Below are positions 31,754-47,579 of a stretch of 64,000 bases of DNA, piece by piece. The translations under genes were made by a program, and so were the position numbers. The DNA comes from Eledone cirrhosa (Eukaryota). Positions within the stretch are counted from its first letter, which is position 1, and every line of letters starts with the position of its first letter. The stretch is from contig OZ024741.1 in assembly GCA_964016885.1 (NCBI GenBank), forward strand, positions 268,770,001 to 268,834,000. The letters are read 5' to 3'. The notes below the pieces were generated by a model. That model did not search any database. It was not told the origin of the DNA and saw only the letters and a program-made list of their open reading frames with translations.

Positions 31754-31941
31754 TAATTGTTTCTATTTTAGGCATAAGGCCAGCAAATACCCAGTACATT
31801 ACTGGTACTTTATTTTATCGACCCCGTAAGGATGAAAGGCAAAGTTAACCTCGGCGGGATTTGAACTCAGATCATAAAGGGACGTAACTCTGTGCTTCAA
31901 AGCATGGCGTCCGACTCTCTACCGATACTGCCAATCCATCG
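31754..31941 (-). mobile_element. SINE family A
   Basis: Reverse complement of the consensus. Confidence 0.9.
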
Positions 31942-32147
31942 ATATAATATGATACATTTACGCATTAAGAATTTCCCTATAAATATAGGGTAACTACAGG
32001 CCGTGCTCCTGCTTGGTCTTCGTTTATTCAATGTAGCCAGTTAAAGTAAATGACTTATAATAAAAGATTGTTATATATCTATATATATATATATAATTTA
32101 TAAAGCAATCATTTACTTTAACTGGCTTCATTTATTAAACGAAGACG

Positions 32148-32182
<35 letters not shown>

Positions 32183-32204
32183 TGTATGTATGTATGTATG
32201 TATG

Positions 32205-32253
<49 letters not shown>

Positions 32254-32254
32254 A

Positions 32255-32300
<46 letters not shown>

Positions 32301-32535
32301 ATCAAAAGATGGTTAAAAGAGTTTCATGTATTTTATTATGCGCATTTCATGGAACTCTTTTAACCATCTTTTGATCTTATATATTATGTATACTCCAGTC
32401 CTACAAACTGTAGAGTGCTTCTTATCCGATATCTGCATTGCTTTATTGTACTACAATAAAACTCACCTCCTACATATATATATATGTATATGTGCATGTA
32501 TATATGTATATGTGTATGTATGTATGCATATATAT

Positions 32536-32653
<118 letters not shown>

Positions 32654-32674
32654 GTATGTATGTGTATGTATGTA

Positions 32675-32705
<31 letters not shown>

Positions 32706-32714
32706 GTGTGTGTA

Positions 32715-32776
<62 letters not shown>

Positions 32777-33814
32777 TGCATGTATACATACATATACATA
32801 CCATTTTCTAATTCACCTACTCTTTCCGAATGCCCCATACATAGTTCAAATTATTTAGTAGTATGTGTAAAGCATTACGTAACACAAATGTGTTTATTTT
32901 TATAAATGTTGGAATAATTGAAAATAATTAAAACAAGTCTCTGTCTGTTTGTTTGTATGTATGTCAGTCTGTATTGATTTCCCGATGCCTCGGTCCCACA
33001 TAACCCAATATGGCCAGAAATAGGAAGCGGTGGAGGTCAACCAACGACGGGTTCCTACAACAGGTGTGAAAGACGCCTGGATTTGGGATTTTATTTCTTT
33101 CCTGGATAATGTATACATGCAATAAGATAATATATATATATGCATATGTCACTATGTTTAGATTAACATGCAATTGGTGTGTGTCTTTTATATGTCATTG
33201 TTATTTTATAAAGTTGTATGCATTGGTTAAGCCTTGTTTCCTCTTTTGTTTTCATGTAGCTATACATTTGTTTCGTTTGTATGTATTGTGTACTTATGTC
33301 CGTCTATTTCTCTATATATACATACATATATATATATGTGTATATATGCATGTCTTTTCATTCTTGCCATTGCTCACCCTCCTCTATCTTTCTATTTCTT
33401 TTTTAATTTCTCATTTCTATTTTCTAAAGCAGGACTAACGTCCGAAACCTTACAGCACCTTTCTTACTATATCAAGCCTAAAGCTAATATTTATCTTCAT
33501 TGTAGTGTATAGTTTGTCCCTTGCATGTTTGCCTTTTACACACACACACACATATATACACACACACATTCACGGAGGCGTGCACACGCACTCATGCACA
33601 AAGCCATATACGCGTGTACATGAGGATGCAAGTCGGTCATTTCTTCAGTGGGATAGCTGTTATCACATCGTCCGTCGACTGTCTACTAAACCCAGATATG
33701 AAACTCCCAATAAGAATCGGGGCTAAGCAAGGCCAGTCGCAGCTAGTTCGGTATGCAAATGTGGCTACTCAGCCGATAAATACTATATATGTTCAACCGT
33801 TCAACAGACTGACA

Positions 33815-33869
33815 GAGGTATACAGTCCTGATGAACGGTAATGACCTAGAAACAGGTCGATTGTTCCTC
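33815..33869 (+). ncRNA. Hammerhead-like motif
   Basis: gagg..acagtc CTGATGA acGGT-aatg-ACCta GAAA cag GTC gattgt.cctc; good stem I, imperfect stems II and III. Confidence 0.5.
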
Positions 33870-34323
33870 AAAGCGAGTGTTGAATTAACAGCTGACGATC
33901 GGTCACCGGCACGGCACCTCTTCAAATCGGGCCTTTTGTTTATAAACGGGTCGAACATTATTATTAATGTTCGATATAACCCATACGTACATATGTGTAT
34001 GTATATATGTATGTGTGCATGCGCGCGCGCGTGTATATATATATTTATAAACGGAAAAAATGAAACGTAATTTCATTTCCCACTCTTAGTACGGCTGTTA
34101 CTTAAATATAAGTATGTATACGTACATACATATATGTATACAGACGTACAGTAGTATATATATATATAATACATGCCCACATACATATATGTACGTATGA
34201 ATTCACCGCATTATAATAAATGTTCGGTGAATCCATACGTACATATATGTATGTATATATATATATATATATACATACTACTGTACGTCTGTATACATAT
34301 AGGTATGTACGTATACATACTTA

Positions 34324-34370
<47 letters not shown>

Positions 34371-34690
34371 GAAAGTATAGAAATTATTGTCAACATGAAG
34401 CCAACAGTATTTCATAATATATAAGTGACTATAACGTCAAAATGGAAAATTAGTTAACGTAAGATGTGGGAAAATAATTCAAACTCAATAAAAAAAAAAA
34501 TCAAGACAGATTTAGCCACAGAATTTTGTGAAATCCCGGGAAAAATCGATAGAGCCTTAACTCAGAATAAAATAAAATTTAAATACTCATCCTTCAATTT
34601 GGAAAAACTACAAATGCTCTGTATAGTCTTAAAAAGACTATTTCACGAAACTTTCAGTGGGCATGGTCACGGTTGGAATCGATCGTCAGC

Positions 34691-34718
34691 AAAGGTTTGC
34701 CTCCTCAGAAATCTTGAG

Positions 34719-34814
<96 letters not shown>

Positions 34815-34842
34815 CTCAAGATTTCTGAGGAGGCAAACCTTT
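34691..34842. repeat. Perfect 152 bp palindrome centred on (AT)n
   Basis: aaaggtttgcctcctcagaaatcttgagta-(AT)46-tactcaagatttctgaggaggcaaaccttt. Confidence 0.92.
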
Positions 34843-35183
34843 TCAAATACATAGTTTCCTTTACTATATATATGTTAATGCACATATAAATATGCGTGTG
34901 TAGGTACTTACACATACATACGTGCCTACGTACGCACACGCACATGCACATAGTTCAGAGTTGGCACACGCTTGGGAAGAGCTGTCAATTGCTGCATCTT
35001 ATGCTGTATGCTAGTATTCAGCGCGCATTTATCAACGGATAAGAAATCTCTTCTGACGGCCTCGTTTGCCTTTGTGAGTGCTTGGAGACGCCTGAGGTTA
35101 AATAGATTACTGTTAGTCCTGTATTGTATGGCACACACACACACACACGCACGCACGCACGCACACGCACACGCACACACACG

Positions 35184-35220
<37 letters not shown>

Positions 35221-35450
35221 GTGTGTGTGAGTGTATATATATATGTTTATATATACACACATACGCGTATGTATGTGTGTGTGTATAAAGAGTTGGGCCC
35301 CGACTCTTTCTAATATACCCATACTCTACTGTCCCATGTGTCGAGTACTCTGTTGAGTAATGGTCTAACCAGTTTTATGTGATTGTATCCTTATATATAT
35401 AATGTATATATGTATATATGTGTGTATGTATGTGTATATATATGTATATA

Positions 35451-35488
<38 letters not shown>

Positions 35489-35606
35489 CATATACATATA
35501 TATACACACACAGCCATATATCGACAGTCACACATGTAGAAATACATTCTTGCCAGATTAGGTACTATACTGAAGCCTCATTTTACAATGTAAAATTATA
35601 TATATG

Positions 35607-35680
<74 letters not shown>

Positions 35681-35958
35681 CAAAGGAAATGTAGTAAGGA
35701 ACCAGATGGACCATAACGCACAAAAGTACTCAATACTTAGGGTAGCAGAGTGGGTAATAGGAACGTGTAGGACCCCGACGGCTGAGCTCAAGCCGTTTCG
35801 ACGGCTAATTCATATATATATATATATTATATATATATATTATATATTATATATATATATATTATATTTATAGATATATGTATATATACAGTTGTTATAT
35901 AGTAAGTTGTTATATATATAATATTATATATATATATATAGTTATATATATATATGGT

Positions 35959-35997
<39 letters not shown>

Positions 35998-36117
35998 TAT
36001 ATGTATATATTATATATATGTATATATTATATATATATGTATATATATTATATATATATTATATATATATATATTATATATATATGAGAAAAATCACAGA
36101 CCCTCCATCTCAACTCA

Positions 36118-36155
36118 CCTTTTGAAAAGCAGAAGAACTGCGAAACCGGTAAAGG
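36118..36155 (+). ncRNA. Minimal hammerhead ribozyme, U3:A8 variant
   Basis: cctt TTGAAAA GCAG-aagaa-CTGC GAAA CCGG TA aagg; all three stems perfect, palindromic stem III ACCGGT. Confidence 0.78.
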
Positions 36156-36261
36156 AACCAAATAAATATATATATTTTTAAAAAAAATAAGAGTCCAGTT
36201 GCATTTTCGATTTCATCTCTTTTTCTTTATATTATATATATTATATATATATATATATTAT

Positions 36262-36356
<95 letters not shown>

Positions 36357-36629
36357 ATTATATATTATATTTATATATATATATTATATATATTATATAT
36401 ATTATATATATATATTATATATATATTGTATATATATTGTATATATATTATATATATATTATATATATTATATATATATTGTATATATATTATATATATA
36501 TTGTATATACATTATATATATATTATATATATTATATATATATATATATTATATATATATAATTTATATATATATATATTATATATATATATTATATATA
36601 TTATATATTATATATATATATTATATATA

Positions 36630-36693
<64 letters not shown>

Positions 36694-36697
36694 ATAT

Positions 36698-36729
<32 letters not shown>

Positions 36730-37296
36730 ATATATATTATATATATATATATTATATATATATATTATATATATATATATTATATATTATATATATATAT
36801 ATATACATTAAATATATATATATTATATATATATATTATATATATATATTATATATATATATTATATATATATATTATATGTATATTAAATATATATATA
36901 TATATTAAATATATATATATATATTATATATATATATATTATATATATATATATATTATATATATATATATATATTATATATATATATATATTATATATA
37001 TATTATATTATATATATATATATATTATATTATATATATATATATTATATATATATATATTAAATATATATATATATATTAAATATATATATTTATATTT
37101 AATATATATATATATATTAAATATATATATATATATTATATTATATATATATATTATATTATATATTATATTATATATATATATATATTATATTATATAT
37201 ATATATTATATTATATATATATATATATATTATATATATATATATATATTATATATATATATTATATTATATATATATATATATATTATATATATA

Positions 37297-37341
<45 letters not shown>

Positions 37342-37366
37342 TATATATATATATATATATATACAT

Positions 37367-37403
<37 letters not shown>

Positions 37404-37408
37404 ATATA

Positions 37409-37453
<45 letters not shown>

Positions 37454-37475
37454 ATATATTATATATATATTATAT

Positions 37476-37507
<32 letters not shown>

Positions 37508-37529
37508 ATATATTATATATATATTATAT

Positions 37530-37561
<32 letters not shown>

Positions 37562-37573
37562 ATATTATATATA

Positions 37574-37652
<79 letters not shown>

Positions 37653-37673
37653 ATATATATATATATATAATAT

Positions 37674-37705
<32 letters not shown>

Positions 37706-37744
37706 ATATATATATATATATAATATATATATATATAATATATA

Positions 37745-37795
<51 letters not shown>

Positions 37796-37816
37796 ATATT
37801 ATATATATATATATAT

Positions 37817-37979
<163 letters not shown>

Positions 37980-38070
37980 ATTATATATATATATTATATA
38001 TATATATATTATATATATATATTATATATATATATATATATTATATATATATATTATATATATATAATAT

Positions 38071-38102
<32 letters not shown>

Positions 38103-38218
38103 ATATTATATATATATATTATATATATATATTATATATATATATATATATTATATATATATATTATATATATATAATATTATATATATTATATATATAT
38201 ATTATATATATATAATAT

Positions 38219-38343
<125 letters not shown>

Positions 38344-38344
38344 A

Positions 38345-38411
<67 letters not shown>

Positions 38412-38456
38412 ATATATTATATATATATATTATATATATATATTATATATATATAT

Positions 38457-38539
<83 letters not shown>

Positions 38540-38573
38540 ATTATATATATATATTATATATATATATTATATA

Positions 38574-38685
<112 letters not shown>

Positions 38686-38762
38686 TATATATATTATATA
38701 TTATATATATATATATATTATATATATATATATATATATTATAAATATATATATATATATAT

Positions 38763-38859
<97 letters not shown>

Positions 38860-38975
38860 ATATATATTATATATTATATATTATATATATATATATATTA
38901 TATATTATATATATATTATATATTATATATATATATATATTATATATTATATATATATTATATATTATATATATA

Positions 38976-39020
<45 letters not shown>

Positions 39021-39030
39021 TATATATATA

Positions 39031-39077
<47 letters not shown>

Positions 39078-39304
39078 TATATATATATATATATTATATA
39101 TATATATATTATATATTATATATATATATTATATATTATATATATATATATATTATATATTATATATATATATTATATATTATATATTATATATATATTA
39201 TATATTATATATATATATATATTATATATTATATATATATTATATATTATATATATATATATATTATATATATATATATATTATATATATATATATATAT
39301 TATA

Positions 39305-39675
39305 TATCTATCTATCTAAGGCGGGTAAAATTCCCGAGATCCATGGACGAGCTCTCTCCAGCGGTCTCTGTCCCTCATTATCGCTGCCATGTCCTGCATC
39401 TCGAACAGACCAGTGTCTGTCCTTAGGGCATCAACATATGTTAACCTTGGTCTTCCTCTTCTAGTGTGTCCATGTAGGGGCTCCCAAAGGAGCACTGAGT
39501 GTAATGTCAACTCTGGATGTCGGTGAGCATGTCCAGCCAACCTCAGTCTTCTCTGTGTCACTTTTGAGCTGACTTTTGGGATGCTCCCATACAGCTCTGA
39601 GTTTTTCATCCTCAGTGTATACTGATTAATGTTCAGAGCCATCCTCAGCATTCTCGTGTAGCACCCATCCACCAT
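39305..39675 (-). mobile_element. RTE-like LINE 3' end
   Basis: VDGCYTRMLRMALNI..NSELYG..RRLRLAGH..LLWEP.HG..RRGRP.LTYVD.L..DTG..MRDRDRWR; the stop is followed directly by a TAGA/TA tail. Confidence 0.88.
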
Positions 39676-40114
39676 CTATATTATATATTATATATTATAT
39701 ATATATTATATATATATTATATATATATATTATATATATATTATATATATATATATATAATATATATATATAATATATATATATAATATATATATATATA
39801 ATATATAATATATTATATATATATAATATATTATATATATATAATATATAATATATATATAATATATTATATATATATAATGTATTATATATATATAATA
39901 TATTATATATATATAATATATTATATATAATATATATATATATATAATATATTATATATATATAATATATATATATATATGATATATTATATATATATAA
40001 TATATATAATATATATATATATATAATATATTATATATATATAATATATAATATATATATATATATATTATATATATAATATATATATATAATATATATA
40101 TATATATAATATAT

Positions 40115-40145
<31 letters not shown>

Positions 40146-40417
40146 ATATATATATCATAAAACATGTCTATAGAATCACCAGGTAAAATATATACCATTT
40201 CCTCTCCCAATTAGCATAATTAACCATATAAAAAAATCCGATTAGACGAAGCTATAAGAATAAAGGCTTCTATGAAGAAATCTCCGACAAATAACCGAAA
40301 CCAGCCCTTCGCGTCGGTTGCGACGGAATATTTATCGAGTATTTCGACAGCGTGTATGAATCGCTCAGATATACAGTCAATTAAACAGAATTAGGTGTAA
40401 AATAAACTAGGAGAAAA

Positions 40418-40515
40418 GTGAACATATTTAGTTACCTCTACCATGGTTTCGTCCGCATTTTAAGATATCCGATAGCATCGGACACCTAGAGCACCGGACT
40501 CTTCAGGTAGTTCAC
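40418..40515 (-). ncRNA. Type I hammerhead ribozyme with extended stem II, within island 40158-40716
   Basis: Minus strand: gtgaactac CTGAAGA GTCCG..(aggtgtccgat-gct-atcggatatct hairpin)..CGGAC GAAA CCATGG TA gaggta..gttcac. Confidence 0.75.
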
Positions 40516-40711
40516 TCAAATTTAGACAATAAATTTTCGAAAGTTATCGCGCCAAGAAAACATTAAAAAATGGCTAAGAATCGTGACGTAGCAGCGGTCA
40601 GATTAGAAAGAATGTGATTAGTTGCCTACGGCGGGTGGCTTTTTGCTAGAAAGCGCAGCACAATACAGCTAAAATTGTATCTCAACCTAACTTGAGATTA
40701 TTACATATAAA

Positions 40712-40784
<73 letters not shown>

Positions 40785-41011
40785 GTGTGTAATATATATA
40801 TAATATATTATATATATATATAATATATATATATATATAATATATGTATACATAATGTATATATATATATAATATATATATATATATAATATATGTATAT
40901 ATATATAATGTATATATATATAATATATATATATATATATAATATATATATATAAATAATATATATATATATAATATATATATATATAATATATATATAT
41001 ATATAATATAT

Positions 41012-41043
<32 letters not shown>

Positions 41044-41073
41044 ATATATTTATATATAATATATATATATAAT

Positions 41074-41107
<34 letters not shown>

Positions 41108-41344
41108 ATATATATATTTATAATATATATATATATATAATATATATATATATATTATATATATAATACATATATATATATAATATATATATATATATTA
41201 TATATATAATACATATATATATATAATATATATATATATTATATATAATATATATATATATATAATATATCTATATATATATATATAATATATCTATATA
41301 TATATAATATATATATATATAATATATGTATATATATATAATGT

Positions 41345-41389
<45 letters not shown>

Positions 41390-41448
41390 TATATAAATAA
41401 TATATATATAATATATATATATATAATATATATATATATATAATATAT

Positions 41449-41480
<32 letters not shown>

Positions 41481-41497
41481 ATATATATATATATAAT

Positions 41498-41540
<43 letters not shown>

Positions 41541-41682
41541 TATATATAATATATATATTTATAATATATATATATATATAATATATATATATATATTATA
41601 TATATAATACATATATATATATAATATATATATATATATTATATATATAATACATATATATATATATAATATATATATATAT

Positions 41683-41713
<31 letters not shown>

Positions 41714-41829
41714 ATATATCTATATATATATATATAATATATCTATATATATAATATATATATCTATATATATAATATATAACGATTTTCGGACCCATGG
41801 ATTTTACATATTCCTTTGTTATATTTCGA

Positions 41830-41887
41830 ATACCTGATGATATCACCTGATCCATACGGAACCCGATCATTGAAATGATCATAGTAT
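41830..41887 (+). ncRNA. Hammerhead-like motif
   Basis: atac CTGATGA ..tgatc..gatca.. GAAA TGATCA TA gtat; palindromic stem III ATGATCAT; irregular base of stem II. Confidence 0.6.
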
Positions 41888-42086
41888 AATAAACCTTTCA
41901 AGGATTTACACCAGTCCAGCCTCCTGTTATTTTATTTATAATAATTAACTCCGTATTAGCACCACCAACTACACAAACTAAGACGGGTGAACTGCACTAC
42001 GTTGAGTACTCTCCTTAATATTACACCAAGATTGACCATACGGAATGACCAATTCTATCCATTGGTGAACCAACAAACCTAAATAA

Positions 42087-42157
<71 letters not shown>

Positions 42158-42285
42158 CACACACACATACATACACCCCACTCTCTATAAGCCTGATCCT
42201 AATACCTTTCGTAACTTGCATCCGTGTGGTGTTGTTTTTTACTTTCCCATATATGTATATAATATATATTTATATATTATATTAT

Positions 42286-42335
<50 letters not shown>

Positions 42336-42409
42336 TACCTAAGACACACATATATATAGATATAGACACACATACCAACACACCCATACATACATACATA
42401 CATACAAAC

Positions 42410-42620
42410 ATACTATAAGAATCCAGCTTCTATAATTTTCGGCGAAAGCCGAGGAGTATGTGGTTCTGATGAAGCAGCGTGAAACAGACTGTCTGCTTCT
42501 CTCCCTTCTTTCGCTGGAAAGAAATGACATAGTCACTACTTTAAAACTGATAGCGTATGGTCTTCTAAATGCTTTTAATTAAACATACGGTATATTGCCA
42601 AATATACTATGCATACATAT
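42410..42620 (+). mobile_element. Diverged relative of the 14 kb pseudo-LTR with a canonical hammerhead core (42466-42493)
   Basis: Shared tail gtcactactttaaaac..ggtcttc..atgcttttaattaa; CTGATGA agcagcgt GAAA CAG-a-CTG TC. Confidence 0.7.
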
Positions 42621-42679
42621 ATATTTATATTTACTTACATACATACATACATGCATACATACATACATACATACATACA

Positions 42680-42738
<59 letters not shown>

Positions 42739-43728
42739 ATGTGTGTATATGTCTATGTATATATATGTTTATTTAGTTTTTTTTATTATTTTGATCTCTT
42801 TTCCTTTCTTCTTTTGGACATTTATGCGAGTTGTTTACAGGATGTAATCGTTTCATAAATTTTATTGAAATACAATGATATTTCACTCTGATATATCGAT
42901 CTTTTGGCTCTGTTAATTGTTGGTATTGTTGTTGCTTTTATATGTTTTCACTCCAAATCTGCTCAATGGGACCATTACCAGTTTTATCAAACTCACAACA
43001 TCACTACCCCCTCACTCTCTTTATGACCTCTCTCTCTCTCTCCTAATTCCGATCTCTCATCTGTGGTCCCTCTCTTCATGTGAATGTGTGCATCCATATA
43101 TATTTGTATATGCGTATATACACATAGATACACATGTATGTATATGTATGAATGTGTTGATGCGCGCGCACATGCGTACACACACGTACACGCAAACAGA
43201 AGTGAATGTGTATAGAAACGATCGTGAATACAGTAAAACTGTGCAACAGGTGTACATATTGCTCATGAAAGTGTGCAGTTGGTTTCAGGGTGCAAGTGGT
43301 TTGTGACTTGTTTGTGGTGGTGGTGGAGTGGAGGCATGGTTATTTAAAGACTGTCATTCGGAATATTTCACGCGGAACTGACTAAATTATGTGTATGAAC
43401 ACAATGATACGTAACTCCTGTTTTGTAGGACACAATACTGCTTCTCGTGTTTTGATGTCTGACCTTGTAGAATGTACAGATGGGCAGTGGCAGCGGTGGC
43501 GCCACCTGTGACCCAGATGGCTGGTAGTGACAGTAGTGAGGAGGGTTAATCGATTGTTGGCTGTGGGTGGAAATATTGAAACAAAATGTTTACTTAACAG
43601 TCTGTGCTATATGACACACAGAAAAAGGCTGTACATGAAACAATATACATACATTCGCGCATGCGCACGTGTGTATACATATATATATATATATATGTGT
43701 GTGTACACACAGAAAAAGAAAGAAAGAG

Positions 43729-43794
<66 letters not shown>

Positions 43795-43805
43795 ATGTGT
43801 TTGTG

Positions 43806-44002
43806 TCCCGGGTTCAATTGGGGGTAACCTCAGTAAGTAAGGTATTCAATTCATTAGTAGAGTGTAATATGTTTTATATAGAAATAGTTTCTTCAGGAAT
43901 AGAACTGTTTCATTCAAAAGAAATCGTTAGGAATGCTTTCCTGGTGATTTCTTTTGAATGATACAGTTCTAGTCCTGCAGAAGCCATTTCTATATTAAAC
44001 AT
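43806..44002 (-). mobile_element. Fold-back element of the family at 3598-3782
   Basis: About 60 bp arms around 43935; homologous tail. Confidence 0.7.
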
Positions 44003-44015
44003 TTTACACGCACAC

Positions 44016-44062
<47 letters not shown>

Positions 44063-44157
44063 CACACTCACACTCACACACACACACACACACACACGAG
44101 CCAGTAGATCTATGACCATGTATCCACTCTAGCCATGATCACCCCATATTATTGATT

Positions 44158-44343
44158 GGTGGATTGGCAGTATCGGTAGAGGGTCGGATGCCATGCTTTG
44201 ACGCATAGAGTTACGGCCCTTGCCATTCTGAGTTCAAATCCGCCGAGGTTAACTTTGCTTTTCATCCTTACGGGGTCGATAAAATAAAGTACCAGTAATA
44301 CACTGGGTAATTGCTGGCCTTATGCCTAACGTAGAAACAATTA
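44158..44343 (+). mobile_element. SINE family A
   Basis: Matches the consensus. Confidence 0.9.
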
Positions 44344-44633
44344 TTGATTGTTGTTGTTTAGCCCTAGGTCGTTCCTGATAAACCGAACAGATATTTGATC
44401 AATGGCAATTCTATGTTGTATATTGGTTGCTGCTTTTAATGTTTAGCTAGCTCCAGAACAGACCCGGCATAACAGACAAACTTATGACCAAGGACCGCTC
44501 TAACCATCGCCATCATCATCCCATATGATTTATTTGTTTTTCTTTAACTTTATGTCAAACTAGATAGACCTGACAGACCTATGGTCAAAATTCATTGCTG
44601 CGTTGACCAAACCGTTTTTTCTTCTAGAATAGT

Positions 44634-44819
44634 TGTTTCTACTTTTGGCACCAAGGCCAGCAATTATCCAGTACATTACTGGTACTTTATTTTATCGACC
44701 CCGTAAGGATGAAAGGCAAAGTTAACCTCGGCGGGATTTGAACTCAGATCATAAAGGGACGTAACTCTATGCTTCAAAGCATGGCGTCCGACTCTACCGA
44801 TACTGCCAATCCACCGCCA
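44634..44819 (-). mobile_element. SINE family A with 14 bp TSD
   Basis: Reverse complement of the consensus; tcttctagaatagt at 44620 and 44820. Confidence 0.92.
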
Positions 44820-45244
44820 TCTTCTAGAATAGTGTACTCCGAACATCAGTGTGTGCATGTGTGTGTTTTACTAAAACAGCATGACGTGGTTTGATGGATA
44901 TTTTCTGCTATTTCTAGCACGTCAAATAACCACATAGAGGTTCGGTCAAGGGCTCGACACACCGAAGTTAAGACACCACTGTGAGAACCAGCTTTGTTTT
45001 TGCATTCACAGTTTAAAACACTATAAATGGATATCTTGTTTCTTTTTAATCTATCCGAAGAACAATTTGGTTTCATTTTTTTAGTGCGCGCGCGCGTTTG
45101 GGTTGGACCTCCGTCGTTTCCGAGGATGCCTGCTCCTGTTGATTCAGTCAACAGAACTGCTTGGTCATGAAATTAATGTGTAAGTAGCTGATCATTCCAC
45201 ACACGTGTACCTTTAGCTTAGTTCTCGGGGAGATTGAACGTGAC

Positions 45245-45288
45245 AGATAGAGCGCTCGTGATGTTCAAACATCACGAGCGCTCTATCT
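45245..45288. repeat. Perfect hairpin, 21 bp arms, 2 nt spacer
   Basis: agatagagcgctcgtgatgtt-ca-aacatcacgagcgctctatct. Confidence 0.9.
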
Positions 45289-45482
45289 CAAAATTATTTT
45301 TGAAAAACATTAGAAATGCGCAACTGGTAAAAACTTAAAACTAAAACTGAATACTAACCAATAATTATTACTAATTTATACTTATTCCTAATTAAACTAT
45401 TTTTCACTTGGAAAAATTTGTCAGCATTTTCTTTTCCTTTTTACTAATATATCACAACTCGTGTGTCACACCTCTATTTTTT

Positions 45483-45539
<57 letters not shown>

Positions 45540-45659
45540 GTTTCCTATTTCAAGGGCTACTTTTGATGTAAAAACAGAGCGAATAAGTTGTTACTGTTGC
45601 TAAAATTTAGGTGACGCTCTCTTGTGGGTGCTTGGCTGTTAGCGACATTTCTCTATTAT

Positions 45660-46700
45660 TACTCGCAGCAATGCCGTAAGTATTTTGGGGTTGCCTCACC
45701 ACATTTTAGAGGAAAACATTAAGCATTATCCGTCATAATCACTGCGGTACTGGTTCCCAGTCAAGTGTATTTTTCATGTTGGAGAACAGATGATAGTCAG
45801 ATGGTATCAAATCAGGAGAATAAGGAGGGTGGTCAACCAGTGCAAAGCTGCAGTCACGCACAATGGTCACTAAAACCAAAAACGTCGCTGGAGCATTGTC
45901 CTAATTAAACAAGACCCCTTTCTTCAGTTTTCCCAGGCGTTTGGTCTTGATAGCCTTTTGTAAATGCCTCAGCAAGTTGGCCTAGTACTTCTTGATGGTG
46001 TGACCCTTTTCAGGATAGTTAGTAAACGCAATGCCTTTTGTATATATAAAAAAAAAAAAGGCCATCACCTTGCAGATGAAATGACATTGGCCTTCTTTGG
46101 ATCAGGTGAGGAAGGGTGTTTCCACTGCATGGATTGTCTCTTTGTCCCTGGCTCAAAGTGATGAACCTAACACTCATCCTGGATGAGGAAATGTTCATGA
46201 AAACCAGGTGGATCTGCCTCAAACAATGTAAGATTTTCTCGTGATGTGATCAGCATGTTGAACTTTTGATCAGGTGTCAGAAGATGTGGCATCCACCGAG
46301 CAGAAACCTTCGTCATGTCAAGTTTATTGTGCAGAGTATTCTCAACTCTCACTGGATATGTTAATAGCATTAGCTATTTGATTTATTGTCATCCATAAAC
46401 ATGTGGTGAACTCGATCAATGTCTTACTCGGTTGTGAAAGTAACAGGACGTCCAGGCCTTAGGCCATCTTCAAGACTCCCTTCTCCTCCTAAAATCAGCT
46501 GCCCACTTTTCCACTATTGATAAAGTTAGAGTGTCATCCCCTAATATAGCAACTGTGTCAACATGAATGTCCTTGTGGGGTTAAACCTTTTTTCTGCAGG
46601 TACTTGAAATCACCACGATACCAAATTGTATCAATTTTCAAGAGAAATCGCTACTACTTACATTTGAAGGCTTCTTTGAACAGTCAGATGTCATTTCACA
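45660..46700 (-). pseudogene. Mariner (DD34D-type) transposase pseudogene
   Basis: KYLQKKGLTP..KWAADFRR..KVSARWMPHLLT..QDEC*VHH..QSMQWKHPSSP..DNAPA..HPPYSPDLIPSDYHLFSNMK; many stops and frameshifts; TIRs not located. Confidence 0.9.
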
Positions 46701-46728
46701 CGGAAAGAAACAATGCAGTTATCAATAT

Positions 46729-46776
<48 letters not shown>

Positions 46777-46915
46777 GTGGAACACTGGAAGGTAATATCC
46801 GTAGTGGTAGAGCACTCAGTCCATGGAACGAGTTAGGTAGAAGTGGTTACACAGCTTCCGAGCTAAGGCGAAACAATTGTTCTCGGTATGGTGAACTAAC
46901 TGTTGTGTAACCACT

Positions 46916-46991
<76 letters not shown>

Positions 46992-47383
46992 GGCTGGGGC
47001 AACGTGAAATGAAATTTCTTGCTAAAGAACAAAACGTGTAGCCCCGCTTTTGGAACCGAACTCTCGACGATATGAACACCCGAACCCATAAATTGTGCCG
47101 CATTCAGTATTATAAGATATAAATCGTGTGTAATGCAATTCCTACTGAAACTACAGTTCAGACTCTCCACAATTGTGTCCCATCTGCTAGCATTGTGAAT
47201 AATTAATACGACAGCCATTCATATGACACATATTTACATTCGTATGTTATTTTTTATTAATCCTTCCGACTCTTCTAATGGCCTCCTTGCCAAGTACTTC
47301 ACCAATGTGAACCTATTTATTTAATTTCCTAAATTTCGACAACACTCCGACTTACTTAGTTGCTAATTTGATCTTTAACATTG

Positions 47384-47508
<125 letters not shown>

Positions 47509-47546
47509 GTGTGTGTGTGTGTATGATGTGTGTGTGTGTGTGTATG

Positions 47547-47579
<33 letters not shown>

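Noticed and set aside
34635-34720. CTGACGA/CTGAGGA motifs on the minus strand
   Set aside because: Stems I and III are not convincing
43420-43560. GC-richer patch after an AG acceptor-like site
   Set aside because: All frames close quickly and no recognisable peptide results
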